DNA of 64,000 nt from Eledone cirrhosa (lineage: Eukaryota): the NCBI GenBank assembly GCA_964016885.1, contig OZ024754.1, positions 22,568,001 to 22,632,000 of the forward strand, in the 5' to 3' direction. The notes under the pieces are model-generated. The model had not been told where the DNA came from and searched no databases. It was given only the letters and a program-made list of their open reading frames with translations. Below are positions 47,161 through 60,794 of this stretch, piece by piece (the stretch's first letter is position 1; each line of letters opens with the position of its first letter). The position numbers were made by a program, and so were the translations under genes.

Positions 47161-48257
47161 TTATCTTTCATTATTTGAATGACGCCAGGCAGCAAGTGCT
47201 TTTTTTCGCTGATTGCAATAAATTCTTAGAAAGAGAGCACAAAATACAACAGCAACACCAATTATTCCGAGTGGTGTGACCGGGTGTCCATAAATAATAC
47301 AGGAAAGGAAGATAGCAAAGGCTTGGCGTAGAGTCATTATGATTGTAAACGTCACAGCTCCAAATACTGATATTGTGTAAAATATAAACAGTTGACCAAG
47401 AGCAGAGCATAAACTTAAAATAACTGCATGAACTATGAAAGTTGGATAGTTACTCATGAAGGCAATTGACTCAACAAAGCCTCCTTGTTCAATGAGAGCT
47501 ACGACAGTGAATAGACAGGAGAATAAGTTGACACTGGCCATCATTTGAAATGATGACATTTTATATTGTGTGAACAGAGCTCCTTGCCAATTTGCGGTGA
47601 AGCTGTCGAACCCCATATAGCCAACGAGCAAAACTACCCCAGAGAAGTTTGTTACAGAATCCTTGTGTTTTGTGACGTCTTCACTGGTCAGCAGAAAAAT
47701 ACTTACTCCAATTGATATCATGGCAGCTGACAGGTATTCATACAAGTCATAAGATTTCTTTGAGATTAATTTCCCCATTAACATCACTGGTATAATCTTA
47801 GAAGCTTTTGCAAGAACTTGTGTTGGGAAACTGACAAATTTCAGTGCTTCATACTGACACCAGCTGCTCATAATATTGGAAAAGGAACTGTATGAGTACT
47901 TATAAAGTGGTGCTGTATGTTTCGGTTGTGTCTGTAATGTGATGAATATTAAAGCGATGATGAAAGCTGAAATGCGATTCAAAAAAACGAGAAACGTGGA
48001 ATTCTTGAAGAATTCTCCAGAGGTTGTTGCTGTCTTTCCATACTCAAAGGTCATTATTCGCTCTTGTAAAATACCCCATGTCAGATAAGAAACTTGTAAT
48101 CCAGCGAAACAAAGCAGAAGGATCACTGTCTTCCAATAAGCAGTATGTTTCTCTTCTTGAGCATTTTGTTTTGAAGGTAAACTAGGATCTTCAACATCGG
48201 GTTCTGTCTCAACTCCAAAAACACACAATTTTATACCATGTGAAAAAAAGCCAGACA
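47161..48257 (-). CDS. SLC35B2: Adenosine 3'-phospho 5'-phosphosulfate transporter 1 (PAPST1/slalom), last coding exon
   Basis: [104 protein letters not shown]. Polypyrimidine tract with acceptor AG at 48259-48258, phase 1. Stop TAA at 47163-47161. Confidence 0.96.
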
Positions 48258-48311
48258 CTGGAAAGAAAAGAAAAGATATGAATTAGACCAAATATATTTG
48301 ATTATTATAAA

Positions 48312-48770
48312 TGAGTGTCTCAGTCTTTACAGCACTCAGCAGCAAACCTATCAAGTGTATGTTGGAGATCACTTTCCAGCGAGTTCTGTAATACCATATG
48401 TCATCTGACTGAGCCTACATCCACCAGTATTGATACCACTTCCAACCTGACTGCTCATGTCATTCCTGTTCATGAAGGTTATGAACAAAAGAGGTGATGG
48501 TATGCACCCTTGGAGAAGTCAGACACCCGCATTGAATGGTCTCAACTTAGCACCATTTATCTAAACACATATAGAGACATCAGGGCAACAAAAAGCTGTC
48601 CATTGATCCCATACTCCTGCAGAACCTTCCACCACAGTAGGTCCCGAGGAACACGGTCATATGCCTTTTCAAAGTCTATGAAACAAACTTACTTTTCATG
48701 GCAATATTCCCAATATCTCTGAAAGACCTAGTTTGGACTCAACAATATCCCTACATCTCTTTGTCAGACA
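48312..48770 (-). pseudogene. Decayed LINE RT fragment in SLC35B2 intron
   Basis: Minus-strand translation includes CFIDFEKAYDRVPRDLL and VLQEYGINGQL. Confidence 0.7.
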
Positions 48771-49003
48771 CTAAACGTAGACTTTACTGGGGAGGCTTAA
48801 CCTTTGATCAAAACTATATTTAAGAACTTTTTGTTAACCCTTTAGCATTGAAACCTGCCGCCGCTGTCTGAGGTCAGGTAACCATGTCTTGCTCACCCGT
48901 TGTTTTGGGCATGGTCTTCTACACTTGGATGCCCTTCTTCATGCCAAATCAATGAATATACAAACAACTAAATGAATACATTTATCAAATCTAAAGTATT
49001 TAC

Positions 49004-49221
49004 CTGGTTTATTTTTGTAACCACTTCTCTTGAAATAACGGATGAGTATGGCTGCTGGCACAAACAAAGTAGCGTAAGCAAGCAGGTTCAAAAATAGCCG
49101 AAATAACCAAAAATCATAGAAAGACTTGAATGTTTCAACAGTAGTTTCACTGGTGACGGCATGAATGATTTCAGTTGAGATGAGTATTATAAGAACATAC
49201 AGCAACATAGCTATGGCAATT
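49004..49221 (-). CDS. SLC35B2: SLC35B2 upstream coding exon (hydrophobic leader + first TM)
   Basis: FWLFRLFLNLLAYATLFVP...IRYFKR resembles the PAPST1 N-terminus. Acceptor cccccctag is at 49223-49222. Donor CAG|GTAAAT after 49004 is phase 1 and in frame with the next exon. In-frame ATG at 49208. Confidence 0.88.
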
Positions 49222-50155
49222 CTAGGGGGGAAAAAACAAAACAAAACAAAAAATGTAATTATAATGTGTTAGAGAGAAAGAAGTAGTGCAGTTATAATTA
49301 TGTAGACTAGTCAACCCCATAGAAATTCCATGGTATAATAAGAAATAGCCACAAAGTATTAAAAATCAATATGACATCTTTAATAATGTTTTATTTATAA
49401 CTTATATACATATATATACACAAATAACACAATCATTTTGCATTAAAGAATTAGAAGAGAGATGATAGGACAGGGGCTCCTATTATTAAAGTCCCTGAGA
49501 AACTTGAGGGTTTCTCAAGGGTTTTAATTATCCCTCCTTGGTATACTTCTAATTTATACATATGCATACATGCACCAGAGGCAGTGAATCGGTTGAGTCA
49601 TTAGAACATCAGATAGAAATCTTTCCATTATTTGTTCTGGTTCTCTGCACTCATCAAGGCCAACCTTGCCTTACATACTTTCAAGGTTGGTAAAAAAAAA
49701 AGTGTGTTCAAACCTAAAGGGATGGGCTCTGCCAGTTTAAAATACATGTGTATGTCACTATAATGCTTGTGCCCCTAGGACTCCGTATATACACACACAT
49801 GCATAGGTGTGTGTGTATGTACAGGGGACATAGACTCCTCGAAAGTAACTACAAATAACAACTGACAGAGAGTAAATAACCAATTGTGTGATGGTGTCAC
49901 AATAAAATGGCTCCCCAGACAAATATATACTGTAAAGTGATTTGTGAAGTATTTTCATCTGTAAAAACTGTGATGTATATAAAGACTAAGAAAGATATGT
50001 GTGTTTGTGTGCATATATGTATACAATACATATCATCAGCATCGTCATCATCATTTTACGTCCGCTTTTCCCTGCTTGCAAGAGTGGGACATATATATTC
50101 ATATATACATACATATATAGATATACACACAGACACGCACATTATATATATTACT

Positions 50156-50193
<38 letters not shown>

Positions 50194-50237
50194 TTTATGG
50201 ATACATACATATATAGATATATAGATATATAGATACA

Positions 50238-50572
50238 GGAGGCACATGGCTTAGTGGTTAGAGCATTGGCCTTGCAATCGAAAGGTTGTGAGTTCAATTC
50301 TCAGACCGGGTGATGTGTTGTTTCCTTGAGCAAGACACTTTATTTCACATTGCTCCAGTTTACTCAACTGTAGAAATGAGATGATAGGACTGGGGTCCCT
50401 ATCATTCCACTGCAAAGTGGTCGTGGAGGTGCCACGGAAAAAAAGCACCCAGCACTCACTGTAAATGAGGTTGGTGTTAGGAAGGGCATCCAGCTGTAGA
50501 AATCAAGCCAGAATCAGTTCCTGTCACACCCTTGCAAGCAGGGAAAAGCGGACGTAAAATGATGATGATGAT
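50238..50572 (+). mobile_element. tRNA-derived SINE with RTE-type tail
   Basis: A/B boxes, core CCTTGAGCAAGACACTT, and end GGAAAAGCGGACGTAAAATGATGATG. Confidence 0.9.
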
Positions 50573-51609
50573 AGATATATAGATACACACACATACATGT
50601 ATTGTGTTAGTATATCTTAAGAAACGTTTTTACATATATATATAAATGAGCATCGTCACTGTTTAATACCAATTTTTCATGCTTTCATGGGCTGGGCTAG
50701 ACAGGTTGTCTTTATCCCTTAATACAAAAGAGCTACACACCTGAAAAAGCATTGTGACTCTAGAAATATATGTAGTAAATGACTGGAGGCTACAATGCAA
50801 AATAAATGGAGACAATATAGAGTTTGAGAGGACCTTTCAGTCTTGAGGAACAGGTAACAATCTCTCTGGTGCCACTGCCATGATAAAATGCACCCAGTAC
50901 ACTTAGCTAATATGGGATGTATGAGGAAGATTAACAAGCTGTGTCTAGGGCATGACAATCTCTCTAGAGCTGCTGCCACGATAATATGCACTCAGTACAC
51001 TCTGTAATGTGGTTGGCATTGGGAAGAGTATCCAGCTGTAGAAACCATGCCAAAACTGAAATGTATGTAAGTGGGACATGGTCCCCGGACAGTTTAGGAG
51101 GACAGTAGCTAAGATTAAGTAGAAATGTGGCCTGTAACAACCTGTCCAACCCATGCTGGCATGGAAAGCAGATGTAAAACTGTGATGATGATGTATATAA
51201 ATATACATGTCCAACGTTGTTGATTAAGGTTGAAACGCCCAATGATCGTTGGACATTATCTGCTGACATCAACACCCCCTGACCAAAGCTAAGGTGAATA
51301 AATATGAGGCGAGGCCTCTTCTTTCAAATGCAACTAATAAAACCTGTAGCTACACTGCCAGTATAACACACACACAACCAGAAAAATAATCACATGTATA
51401 TCATTATGATTATCGTTAGCATGGGTTAGACGGGTTTGTCCCATTTAGGGGCAAGTTTGGTCACTGATATAGGACTGTTTCTGGCTGCTTTTCTACAGCT
51501 GGATGCCCTTCCTAGCACTAACTACATTTACAGTGTGTGCTGGGTACTTTTTGCCATGTCTTTTACATGAACATTTTACAGTGGAAGTTTTGTGGAACCA
51601 ACATAACAT

Positions 51610-51650
<41 letters not shown>

Positions 51651-51671
51651 TACACATATGGTGTGTATATA

Positions 51672-52797
51672 CAGGGTGAGGACGATATTTGTTCGCAATT
51701 TTCAACTGCTAATTTTCTGCAAATTTTTTTTACTTCCGTTGTCACTCTTGTCTTCATAAAACAGTGACTATATTTCCATTATTTATTTTCAGAATAATTG
51801 ATTATGAATAATTTTGAACCTCCAAATTTGAGGAAGAGATACGGAGTTCTTGGAAGCCGCGCCGGGAGGACAAATAAGGAAATTTCAGACTTTCTCAGCG
51901 TCAGCAGGAGAATGGTGGAAAAGGTCAGAAAGGAATTGGAAGATTCAGGATTCGACTACGAAGCAACATCAGAGAGGAAAATACATGATCGACGATGTGA
52001 CGCCCGAGTTCGTCGCTGAAGTTCAGGATATCATCAACAATGAACTTAGCAAGTCGATGCGTGCCATTGCAAGGGAGAAAGGCGTGGATGAAAAGCTCAT
52101 TAGGCTGGTGGTACATGAAGACATTCGCTACGTTTCATACAAGATGAGGAAAGGATAATTTCTGTCAAAGGTGATGCAAGAAAAGCGACTGAAGCACGCA
52201 AAGAAGCTGATCAACAAGTTGAAACACCCACTGGAGCCAGACATGCTGTGGTTTCTTCGACGAGAAAAACTTCTGCCAACACTAGAAGATCAACTCCCAG
52301 AACAACAGGTGGCTCACTGTCTCATCCAAAGACGTGCCCAGAGGCATGCAGACAAAGTTTCCAGCGACAACATTGGTCTTAGGTGTCGTCAACAGTCAAG
52401 GTGACGTCATGCCACCTCACTTCTTCCCTGAGGGCCTGAAGCTGAACACAGATGGCTACATCTGCGTTCTGAGCGAGGTAGTAAAGCTCTGGATTGACTA
52501 GGTAGCTGTAGGTAGGCCATACGTGTGGCAGCAAGACTCAGCTCCCTGCCATACCAGCCGAAAGACCCAAGCCTGGCTGTCAGAGAACTTCGTCGACCAC
52601 ACTTCACCTGACATCTGGCCTCCCAGCTCGCCTGACTGCAACCCCCTCGACTTCTTTGTGTGGGGCTCAGTGGAACGAGACACCAACAGATCTAGCTGCA
52701 ATACGAAAGACGATCTGAAGGCCAGGATCACAAGTGCCTTTAGGGGCCTAAATCGGGGGACAGTGACGAAGGCCTGTAGCCGGTTCCGAGGCCGTCA
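51672..52797 (+). mobile_element. Tc1/mariner DD37D (maT) transposon, decayed, 3' end missing
   Basis: Starts TA|CAGGGTG. HTH fragments are present. WQQDSAPCH...WPPSSPDCNPLD has 37 residues between the last two Asp. Confidence 0.88.
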
Positions 52798-52840
52798 TCA
52801 AAGCCAATCGTCTATATATACATATTTGTGTGTATCATCA

Positions 52841-55030
52841 TCACCCGTGACCATACCAACGTAGTCTTCTCTCAAGTAAACAGCATCTGATCCCTCTTAT
52901 ACCTAATTTCTCACTTAGTTCGTTTATGCTTTGCCGTTCACGTATATTACTATTACACATCCAACGGAGCATGCAAGCTTCGTTCCTCTCCAGTCTGCGC
53001 AGATCCTCTGCACACAATGCCCATGTCTCACTGCCATGTAACATTGCTGTTCGCATGCAGGCATCATACAGTCTGCCTTTCCTTTTTAGAGAGAAACCTT
53101 TAGTGGCCAATAGTGGTATAAGCTCTCTGAATTTTTTCCATCTCATTCTGACTCGAGCTACTGTACTTTCAGAGCACCCTCCACCACTGCTGATTTTGTC
53201 ACCCAGGTAACGGAAGGTGTCCACTATTTTTATAGAACCATCTGGGCAATGAAAGGAGCTAGTATCCTGTGGGCACTTGCTACTTATTTGACCTGAGCAC
53301 TGCCCACATATAAAAGCTATGTTCTTAGCTTACCTGTGATCCCACTACATCTTTTATGCTCCTATACTTTGCATTTGGGACATAAAATGGAGTTTCTGCC
53401 TACTCCTTTCCTATACACTGAGCATGGCCATTTCCCAGAGGAGACCAGTGCCCTATTTTCCTTCCTACATACTAGAACTTTAGTCTTAGACAAGTTAACT
53501 TTAAGGCCTTTTGATTCTAGGCCATGCTTCCATGTTTGGAATTTCTTCTCTAGTTTAGCCATCGATTCAGCTATGAGCGTTAGATCATCTGTATATAGAA
53601 GTTCCCATGGGCAGCCGGTCTTGAACTCCTCTGTTATAGCATGCAGGGCAATAATAAATAGGAGGGGGCTAAGGACAGAGCCCTGATGAACACCAGCTTT
53701 TATGCTAAATTCTTCACTATATTCGTTGTTAATTTTAACCTTGCTGACTGTTTACTTATACATGGCTTGTATAGCTCTCACAAGCCATTCATCAACACCT
53801 AGTTTTCTAAGAGCCCAACAGATAGTGGAGTGGGGGACTCTGATAAAAGCTTTCTCCAAGTCAATAAAAGCCAAGTACTTCTCCTGTAGTTGTCGTACAA
53901 GGAAAAGAGCGTCTGGTACTTTTACCTGACACAAACCCAAACTGCATTTCGTCTAGATCAATTCGCTCTCCAATTAGTTGCGCTATAACTCTTTCTGTGA
54001 CCTTTATGACCTGGTCAATTAATTTAATGCCTCTGTAGTTTCCCCTATCTAGAGCATCTCCTTTACCCTTGTAGCAGTTAATGATGATGCTGCTACACTA
54101 ATCATTTGGTATGACCCCATTCTGTATGACTTGGTTTACTATCTGGGTGACCACAGTGTGTCCCATCGATCCAGATGCTTTCAGCATTTCAGCAACTATC
54201 TCCGAAGGCCCAGCTGCTTTGCCTGTCTTCATATCTTTGATTGCCTTACTTATTATACTACCTTCAAGTTGCACTGCTGGTTCTTCTATTGGATCGATTT
54301 AGGGCAGACTTTTTCCCATTTATTCTCCTCATTTAGTAGCCTCTCGTAGTGACACTTCCAAGCTACCTTCTTATCAGCATCAGTAATGGCAAGTATACCA
54401 TCATCATTAGGGACACACTTCTCCCCGACAATATCACGGTTTTCCTTGACACATTGTCTAGCAATCCTGAACACCTCACGTTTTTGGTCCTCGCGTTATA
54501 GAACATGCTTGAACTTTCTTTTCTCTGCTTCCCTTCTTGCAAAGTACACTTGTCTCCTAGCTTCTATCCCGCCATACTTTCCAAGCTTGCTTTTTGGCCT
54601 TGATTGACTCCTCCACCTTACTGTTCCACAACCATGTTACTCTCCTCCTGCCTATAGGTCTGCTCCAGCCACAGATTTCATCTGTCGCCTTCAGCAGGTT
54701 AACTTTCAGTAATTCCCACTGTTCCTCTATACTGTACGTCTCTAATTGCTCTTCCTTACTGTCAAAAGAATCAAGTAATATGCTTTTAAATTTGTTACTG
54801 GTTGTGGGGTCCTTTAACTTCCATATTCTTCTTCTCAGAGTAGTCCTCCTCTGTTGTCGAGCACGTCTCGTCCTGACTATGAAGTCACTAACTATGAGGC
54901 TATGTTGGGAGGTGCATTCTTCACAGGGGAGGGATTTAGTGTTTACAACAGACACTTTGTCACGTCTTCTGGTAAGGATATAATCTATCTGACTGGCGTG
55001 TTCCCCTGATCTATAGGTGATCAAGTGATT
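52841..55030 (-). mobile_element. Decayed RTE family A LINE
   Basis: [41 protein letters not shown]. High similarity to 9395-11058. Confidence 0.9.
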
Positions 55031-55035
55031 GTTTC

Positions 55036-55094
<59 letters not shown>

Positions 55095-55229
55095 GATAAC
55101 ATCAGTTGAAAGATGGTGGGTTGAATATTGTCTACAACAATCCTACCAGCCTGAGAAAGCCTACATTATATTACAGGCAATTCCACAACGCCTATAGTAT
55201 AGTGTAGATTATATGTTGATCTGTATATA

Positions 55230-56512
55230 CAGCGTGGGGCATAAAAACCGTTACAAAATAAAATGCAAATAGTTCTTGAAAAAAAACATTTATTTCAAGA
55301 TCTGATTTCAACAAATAGTAAGTAATATACTATTAAACCACTGCACAAAAATTTATTCGAAATGCTTTCCTCTAGTTCTCACTACTGCGCGACATCTTCT
55401 AGGAAAGTCTTCGATGGCTGCACGAACAGTTTCCATGGGTATTTTCTCCTATACTTTATTCAGTTTTGATTTTAGAGTTTCAATATTTTGGCTAGGAGTA
55501 GAGCAGGCTTCACTCTCAAGAATTGACCATAAAGAAAAATCGAGAGGGTTGAGATCTGGTGATGTGGGAGGCCACTCTTCCTTACTGATCCATGCAGGAC
55601 AATGATCTCTACACCATTGTTGTGTTACGCGAGCAGTGTGGCTCGTCGCTCCATCTTGTTGGAGAGTCCAAATGTCATCGCCATAAACAGATGTGCACCA
55701 TGGCATCAGTGCTCCTTCCAAAATATCCTTTATGTAAAGTTCTTTGTTAATTTTAACTCCTTGAGGCACAAAAATCAGAGGAGATGGCTGCCCAAACCAT
55801 CACTGATGCTGGTTTCTGTGTTCTGAACACTTTTCCTACACTTGAAGGAATTGATTTGAGACTTTTTGCAAGTGCTCGATCATTTTGATGATTGTGAGAC
55901 TGCTTCACAGTGAATAACTTCTAATCTGTAAAGATGATGTTTTGCAGTGTGCCATCCTTGATACTGTTCAATAACATTTTACTTCTAGAGAGCCTCTTTT
56001 CAATTGTGGCTGCAGAAAGAAGCTGCCTCTTTTGGAACTTATAGGGTGACATCCCCAGATCATCTTGACATATCCTCCGCATAGTTCTCGGCGATGTTTC
56101 TGCTTCTTCTGCCATTTTTCTCATGGACCTTCTTGGATTACGCCTTATTTTTTCCCTCACTTTTAATGTGCTTTGGTGTTCATGAGGTGCGGGAGCGTCC
56201 GGATTGAGGTCTGTCTTTGGTCGAGGAAGTTTCCTTAAATTGATCGATTGTCCTTTTGATCAACATTCTATTGAGCTTAAGAATTTTCCCCAGTTTAAAT
56301 ATCTTGGGTGGAGTCAGGCCTTTTACATGCTTCTCTATAATGAACTTTCTTTTCAATTCTATGGACATTGCAAATTGTTAATGGAATAATGTTCTGAAAA
56401 ATAGTTAATATGGTTATAGTGCATGGATTTGATACAAATATATTAGTTATATTAGCATAATGTATTTTTAAATTGATTTAAAACTTTCTAACAGGAATTA
56501 TGCTCCACCCTG
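55230..56512 (-). mobile_element. Tc1/mariner DD37D (maT) transposon with both TIRs, ORF disrupted
   Basis: TIRs CAGCGTGGGGCATAA / CAGGGTGGAGCATAA with TA flanks. DRPQSGRSR, IIFTD, LQQDGATSH...WPPTSPDLNPLD (37 spacing). Confidence 0.92.
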
Positions 56513-56754
56513 TATATAATTGATGTATAATAATAATCAATGTTGAACATTCATTAATGATAAAAGAAATTTTTAAGACAACAGATGGAAAGTATTTCAT
56601 CTAGTTATGGAAATAGATGTCTTCTTATAAAACAGTCTACAGATATGATCTTAAAACACAATAAAACACCTGTGTTTTAGTCAAAGTAAGAAAACCATGT
56701 TAAAAACAAAGACAAAATATAATTGATGTGATCAATAAAAACGTGTAGTCTTGC

Positions 56755-57180
56755 GGTCAGCTTATATATGAGGTGTTTGGGTGAGTGTTTCAGTGTCTTA
56801 TGAGGTATTTGGATGAGTAGTTCAATGTCATTGGATAGTCAACTTATATATGAGGTGTTTAGGTGAGTAGTACAATGTTATAGGATGGTCAACTTATATG
56901 TGAGGTATTTGGGTGAGTAGTTCAGTGTCATCAGATGGTCAGCTTATATATGAGGTGTTTGGGTGAGTAGTTCAATGTTATAGGATGGTCAACTTATATA
57001 TGAGGTATTTGGGTGAGTAGTTCAGTGTCATCAGATGGTCAACTTATATATGAGGTATTTGGGTGAGTAGTACAGTGTCATCAGATGGTCAGCTTATATA
57101 TGAGGTATTTGAGTGAGTAGTTCAGTGTCATCAGATGGTCAGCTTATATGTGAGGTATTTGGGTGAGTAGTTCAGTGTTG
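56755..57180. repeat. 50-bp minisatellite, ~8 copies
   Basis: GGTCA(A/G)CTTATATATGAGGT(A/G)TTTGGGTGAGTAGTTCAGTGTCATCAGAT at 56837, 56887, 56937, 56987, 57037, 57087 and 57137. Confidence 0.95.
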
Positions 57181-57659
57181 TTATATGACTTTATGTAAGT
57201 CAGGATAGTGGTAGGAGGATTAGAAACCTCTTTGTGATTGGGTGTCATATGGAAGTGTGTGTGTTGATTAGTCTAAATTGCATGTGTTGAGTGCATATGG
57301 TTGTGTATGCCAGTGTGTGTGTGAATGGGTAAATTCAGATTATAGGGTATGTGTATGTAGATAGGTGGTGGGAGGAGTATTTATAACAAAGAGGATGAAT
57401 TTTTGTATATAGAAAGAATTTATAGTTTAGTTTCCAGTTTCACTATAGTCAAAGAATTTAATTGTATTCTGGTGAAGGTCAAGCATGACTAATTATGTTA
57501 GAAAGTCTGTTTGTGGTAACTAATTGGATTAAGTGGGGTGGGGACATTGAAGAATCTCTTTGTTTTGGGATGTTGTGTATTTATGTTAGGGTTTAAAATA
57601 TATTAGATGGATGGAGATGAGTATGTGGTGGTGGTGAGGATTATGTATACAGGTTTATA

Positions 57660-57912
57660 AAACATGGAAAGAATGGTTCTGAATTCATCTTATTTGACGG
57701 GTTTGCTGGTAATACTAAGAACAATTTTCAGATGGAAGGCTGTATGAAGCCTGTGTGCAGTGCGCAAAGCTACATGGTAGTGAAACACGGGCTGTGACAG
57801 CAGAGGACATGTGTAGACTGGAGAGAAATGAAGTAAACATGTTTCGTTTGATGTGCAATATAAATATGAGAGAAGGGCAGAGCTTGGACGAGCTGGGAGA
57901 GAAGCTAGATCC
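57660..57912 (+). pseudogene. Old RTE RT fragment
   Basis: LHGSETRAVTAEDMCRLERNE. Confidence 0.7.
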
Positions 57913-58071
57913 CAAAACCTATGGTCACACATACATGTTAAGTGTAGGAAACATTGTTTATACTATATATAAATATCATATATAAGTAAAATTTGCCTGC
58001 AATATACTTTACATTGCGATAAAAAAGATTCATAAAAAAAATCTAATTTAGAAAAGCTTATAAATATAAAA

Positions 58072-58261
58072 ATATCTTAAATAAAAAATAACAGACTGAT
58101 CAATTCTGTTCTTATGATCATAAAATTGCAGTAAGGGGAATATTTATTGAGCCCTCTAGCTTTAGATTGCTGAATGAATAATCCACCTCTAAGCTTTTCT
58201 TATTTTAGATTACTTTACTGGGGTCTACTAATTGGTTAGTCTGTATTTTTATTTAAGACAT
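58072..58261. repeat. ~33-bp inverted repeats enclosing ~125 bp (MITE-like)
   Basis: ATATCTTAAATAAAAAATAACAGACTGATCAATT / AATTGGTTAGTCTGTATTTTTATTTAAGACAT. Confidence 0.65.
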
Positions 58262-58357
58262 ATATATATATAATATCAGAGAGGGTGTGGTAAGATACCA
58301 GGTGGACCATAACCCACCAGAGTACTTGATACTTGGGGTAGTAGAGTGGGTAATATG

Positions 58358-60601
58358 AAAAGATTCATGACCCCGACAGTTGAGCTCCGGCCGTTTTGAC
58401 AGCTAGATCCGAACTAAGCCACCAATATTAGAACGGCGGGAATCTAGCTGAACTTATCAAGTGGTACAGTCCATATATGGGCATGAGTCAGAGAAAAAAA
58501 AAAAAAAAATCTATGGGGGGGGCTCTACCCCACAGATCAAATGGCTCATTAGTCCCGCTAAATGTCATGTATACCATGCCCTCCATAGCGGTGGTCCGGT
58601 AATGCTTATGAGCAAGTTTGTGCATCGTGCTTAAACTATAAGTAATAGGTGTAGCAAAGTGTCATAGCTATCTGTTCAGCCAGTTCCATAGGACAATATG
58701 TATATTTTAGCAAGAATGAAAATATTCCATATTTACCTAAGGAAGATTAGGAACTGCTTACAATAGTGTAAATATACAAAGATCCACCTAAGGATATTAA
58801 GAAAGTGTTAATAACAAAGAAAAAATTCTATTTCTACCTAAGGATGCTTAGGAATTCCTCTATCTTAGTATGTTATTGGGAAGGATATAACGCCAAGATC
58901 TACCCACCTGGATCATGTGGGGATTTGACGATAAGAAATGTCCTATATATTCTGTGTTTACATGAGGTAACAAGTTCATCCATTTGGTTTAACAATTGGT
59001 CCTTTGCAAAAAGCATCTGGATCGTTTCCTCCGAGTATAAATTGCATGGACAGCGTCCTCCTGATTAAAAGATTTTGTCTCAGAAAATAGGCTCCAAGAT
59101 AGGTAATATTGTTGTCTTGGCCAGAAAGTGCTGTAGCATGTCACCGGGCCGGGTTTCTAAATGAATGTTGGTGTTGGTATTACCGGGTCTTAAACTCACA
59201 GGCAGTTAATCCAATGTAGGTCTTGTTGGAATGTGCTGACCTCACTGGTAGACTACGTTTCGTCTGCGGCATCTGTTGTTGAGGGGGCATGACGATCTAT
59301 CCAGACAGTTGCAACTCCTAATTTGCTCACCACTAATATTGTTGTTGTTTCTGTTAGAGAGGAGTTTAACAGTGTTTCTATTGATGATATTGTGGTAGTG
59401 GTGTTGGGGTGGGAAGTGTTTATCGAGAAGTCTGAAGATCTTCCCAATTGGTGTTGCGACCTCAGTATTGTGGGGAGAATTGAACCATGTTACGTGGGAT
59501 GAGTGGCAGCGGCAGTGGCGCCTGCTGGATCCGCTAGTAAGGCCTGGATAATAGGAAATGTCCTCCCTGAAGCCGCTTCTTTTGAGGGCCTGGTTGTAGT
59601 AAGGCACGAGTTCATTAAAATTATTGGTAATGTTTCTTGGATGGTTGGAATAGCGGTGGATATAGTGTAAATTTTTGTTAGGTTTCATGTAGAGGTAGTA
59701 CAAATTATTCTCCAGATTGAGTTTTACATCCAGAAAGTTAACATGAGTAAGGATTGTCTATAGGGTGATTTTGAAACCCAAATCCCGGAAGAATTTGATG
59801 AGGTGTTTACAACCCAGTCTGTGCTACTGGGGTTATATTCTATGAGGGTAACAAGCCCATCATCTCTGTACAGACCACTGCCGAATGCAGGAAATTGTTC
59901 AACAAGTTTTTGGAGTATGTATAGTCCGATAAGGTCCGTCCCCTGAGCCAATTCAGTTAAACTCATACTGACATCGAAAGGAGAGTCTGGAGCCCTTTTT
60001 ATCCAAGTGGAGTTTTCGAAGATCAAGACGATCTTCCTAGTGTGGAATATGATTTCAATTTCCTCATCAGTAATGGGTGTAATAGTTTTGGTGTAAGGCC
60101 ATAAAGAGTGATTGAAATAGAGACATAGTAGTTCTCAATATCAAACTGGATGGAAGTGGTATTCCTTTTATCCTCAATATTCTTAAACCAGGGGATAACT
60201 TCCTGAGTCTTAATCCAAAGGCTAAGCCTCGCGTTTTGCTTGACTTTGGGTATAACGCGATCCAAGATCCTTTTACTGATCTTCTCTACATCCGACTTTG
60301 TCGGGTTTATAAGCCTGATGGATGGTTTGTGGTCGAAGTTGGATTTATGGTCCTTCAGGGTAAAATAAGGAGTCCAAGGGTCGATAGGTTCCGTTCGATT
60401 GGATATTCCGAGGCCAGAGGTAATATTTTGTCCCTCTGTGTTTATGTCGTGGATCATGGAAGGGTTTGTACTTTTTATAAGTTGAGGTCAAGCTACTCCT
60501 AATTAGTTCAGCTAGATTCCCGCCGTTCTAATACTGGTGGCTTAGTTCGGATCTAGCTGTCAAAACGGCCAGAGCTCAGCGATCAGGGTCCTCAATCTTT
60601 T
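58358..60601 (-). mobile_element. Second Naiad-type PLE, decayed, bounded by ~98-bp inverted repeats
   Basis: FTLKDHKSNF..KPSIRLINPTKSD, QFDIENYY, FDVSM, GLYRDDGL, SNHP, WFNSP, CNCLDRSSCPLNNRC...VVY. 58358-58455 is the reverse complement of 60503-60601. Confidence 0.87.
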
Positions 60602-60794
60602 AATCATCATCATCGTTTATATATATACTTGAATATGAACGAACAAAACACAGGAGGCAATTGTACACATATTAGGTTCACGCTTGGTGGAAGTTTCAAC
60701 GTTTCGGACAGAATATATATCTATGTATATATATGGCTGAACTAGAGAAAAAATTCCAAACATAGAAGCATGGCCTAGAATCAAAAGGCCTTAA

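Noticed and set aside
56755-57180. Regularly spaced repeats resembling a CRISPR array
   Set aside because: Whole 50-bp units repeat with no unique spacers, there are no cas genes and the context is eukaryotic. It is a minisatellite.
60690-60716. GAAACGTT hammerhead 3' half on the minus strand
   Set aside because: The CTGANGA half is missing, truncated by a TA tract.
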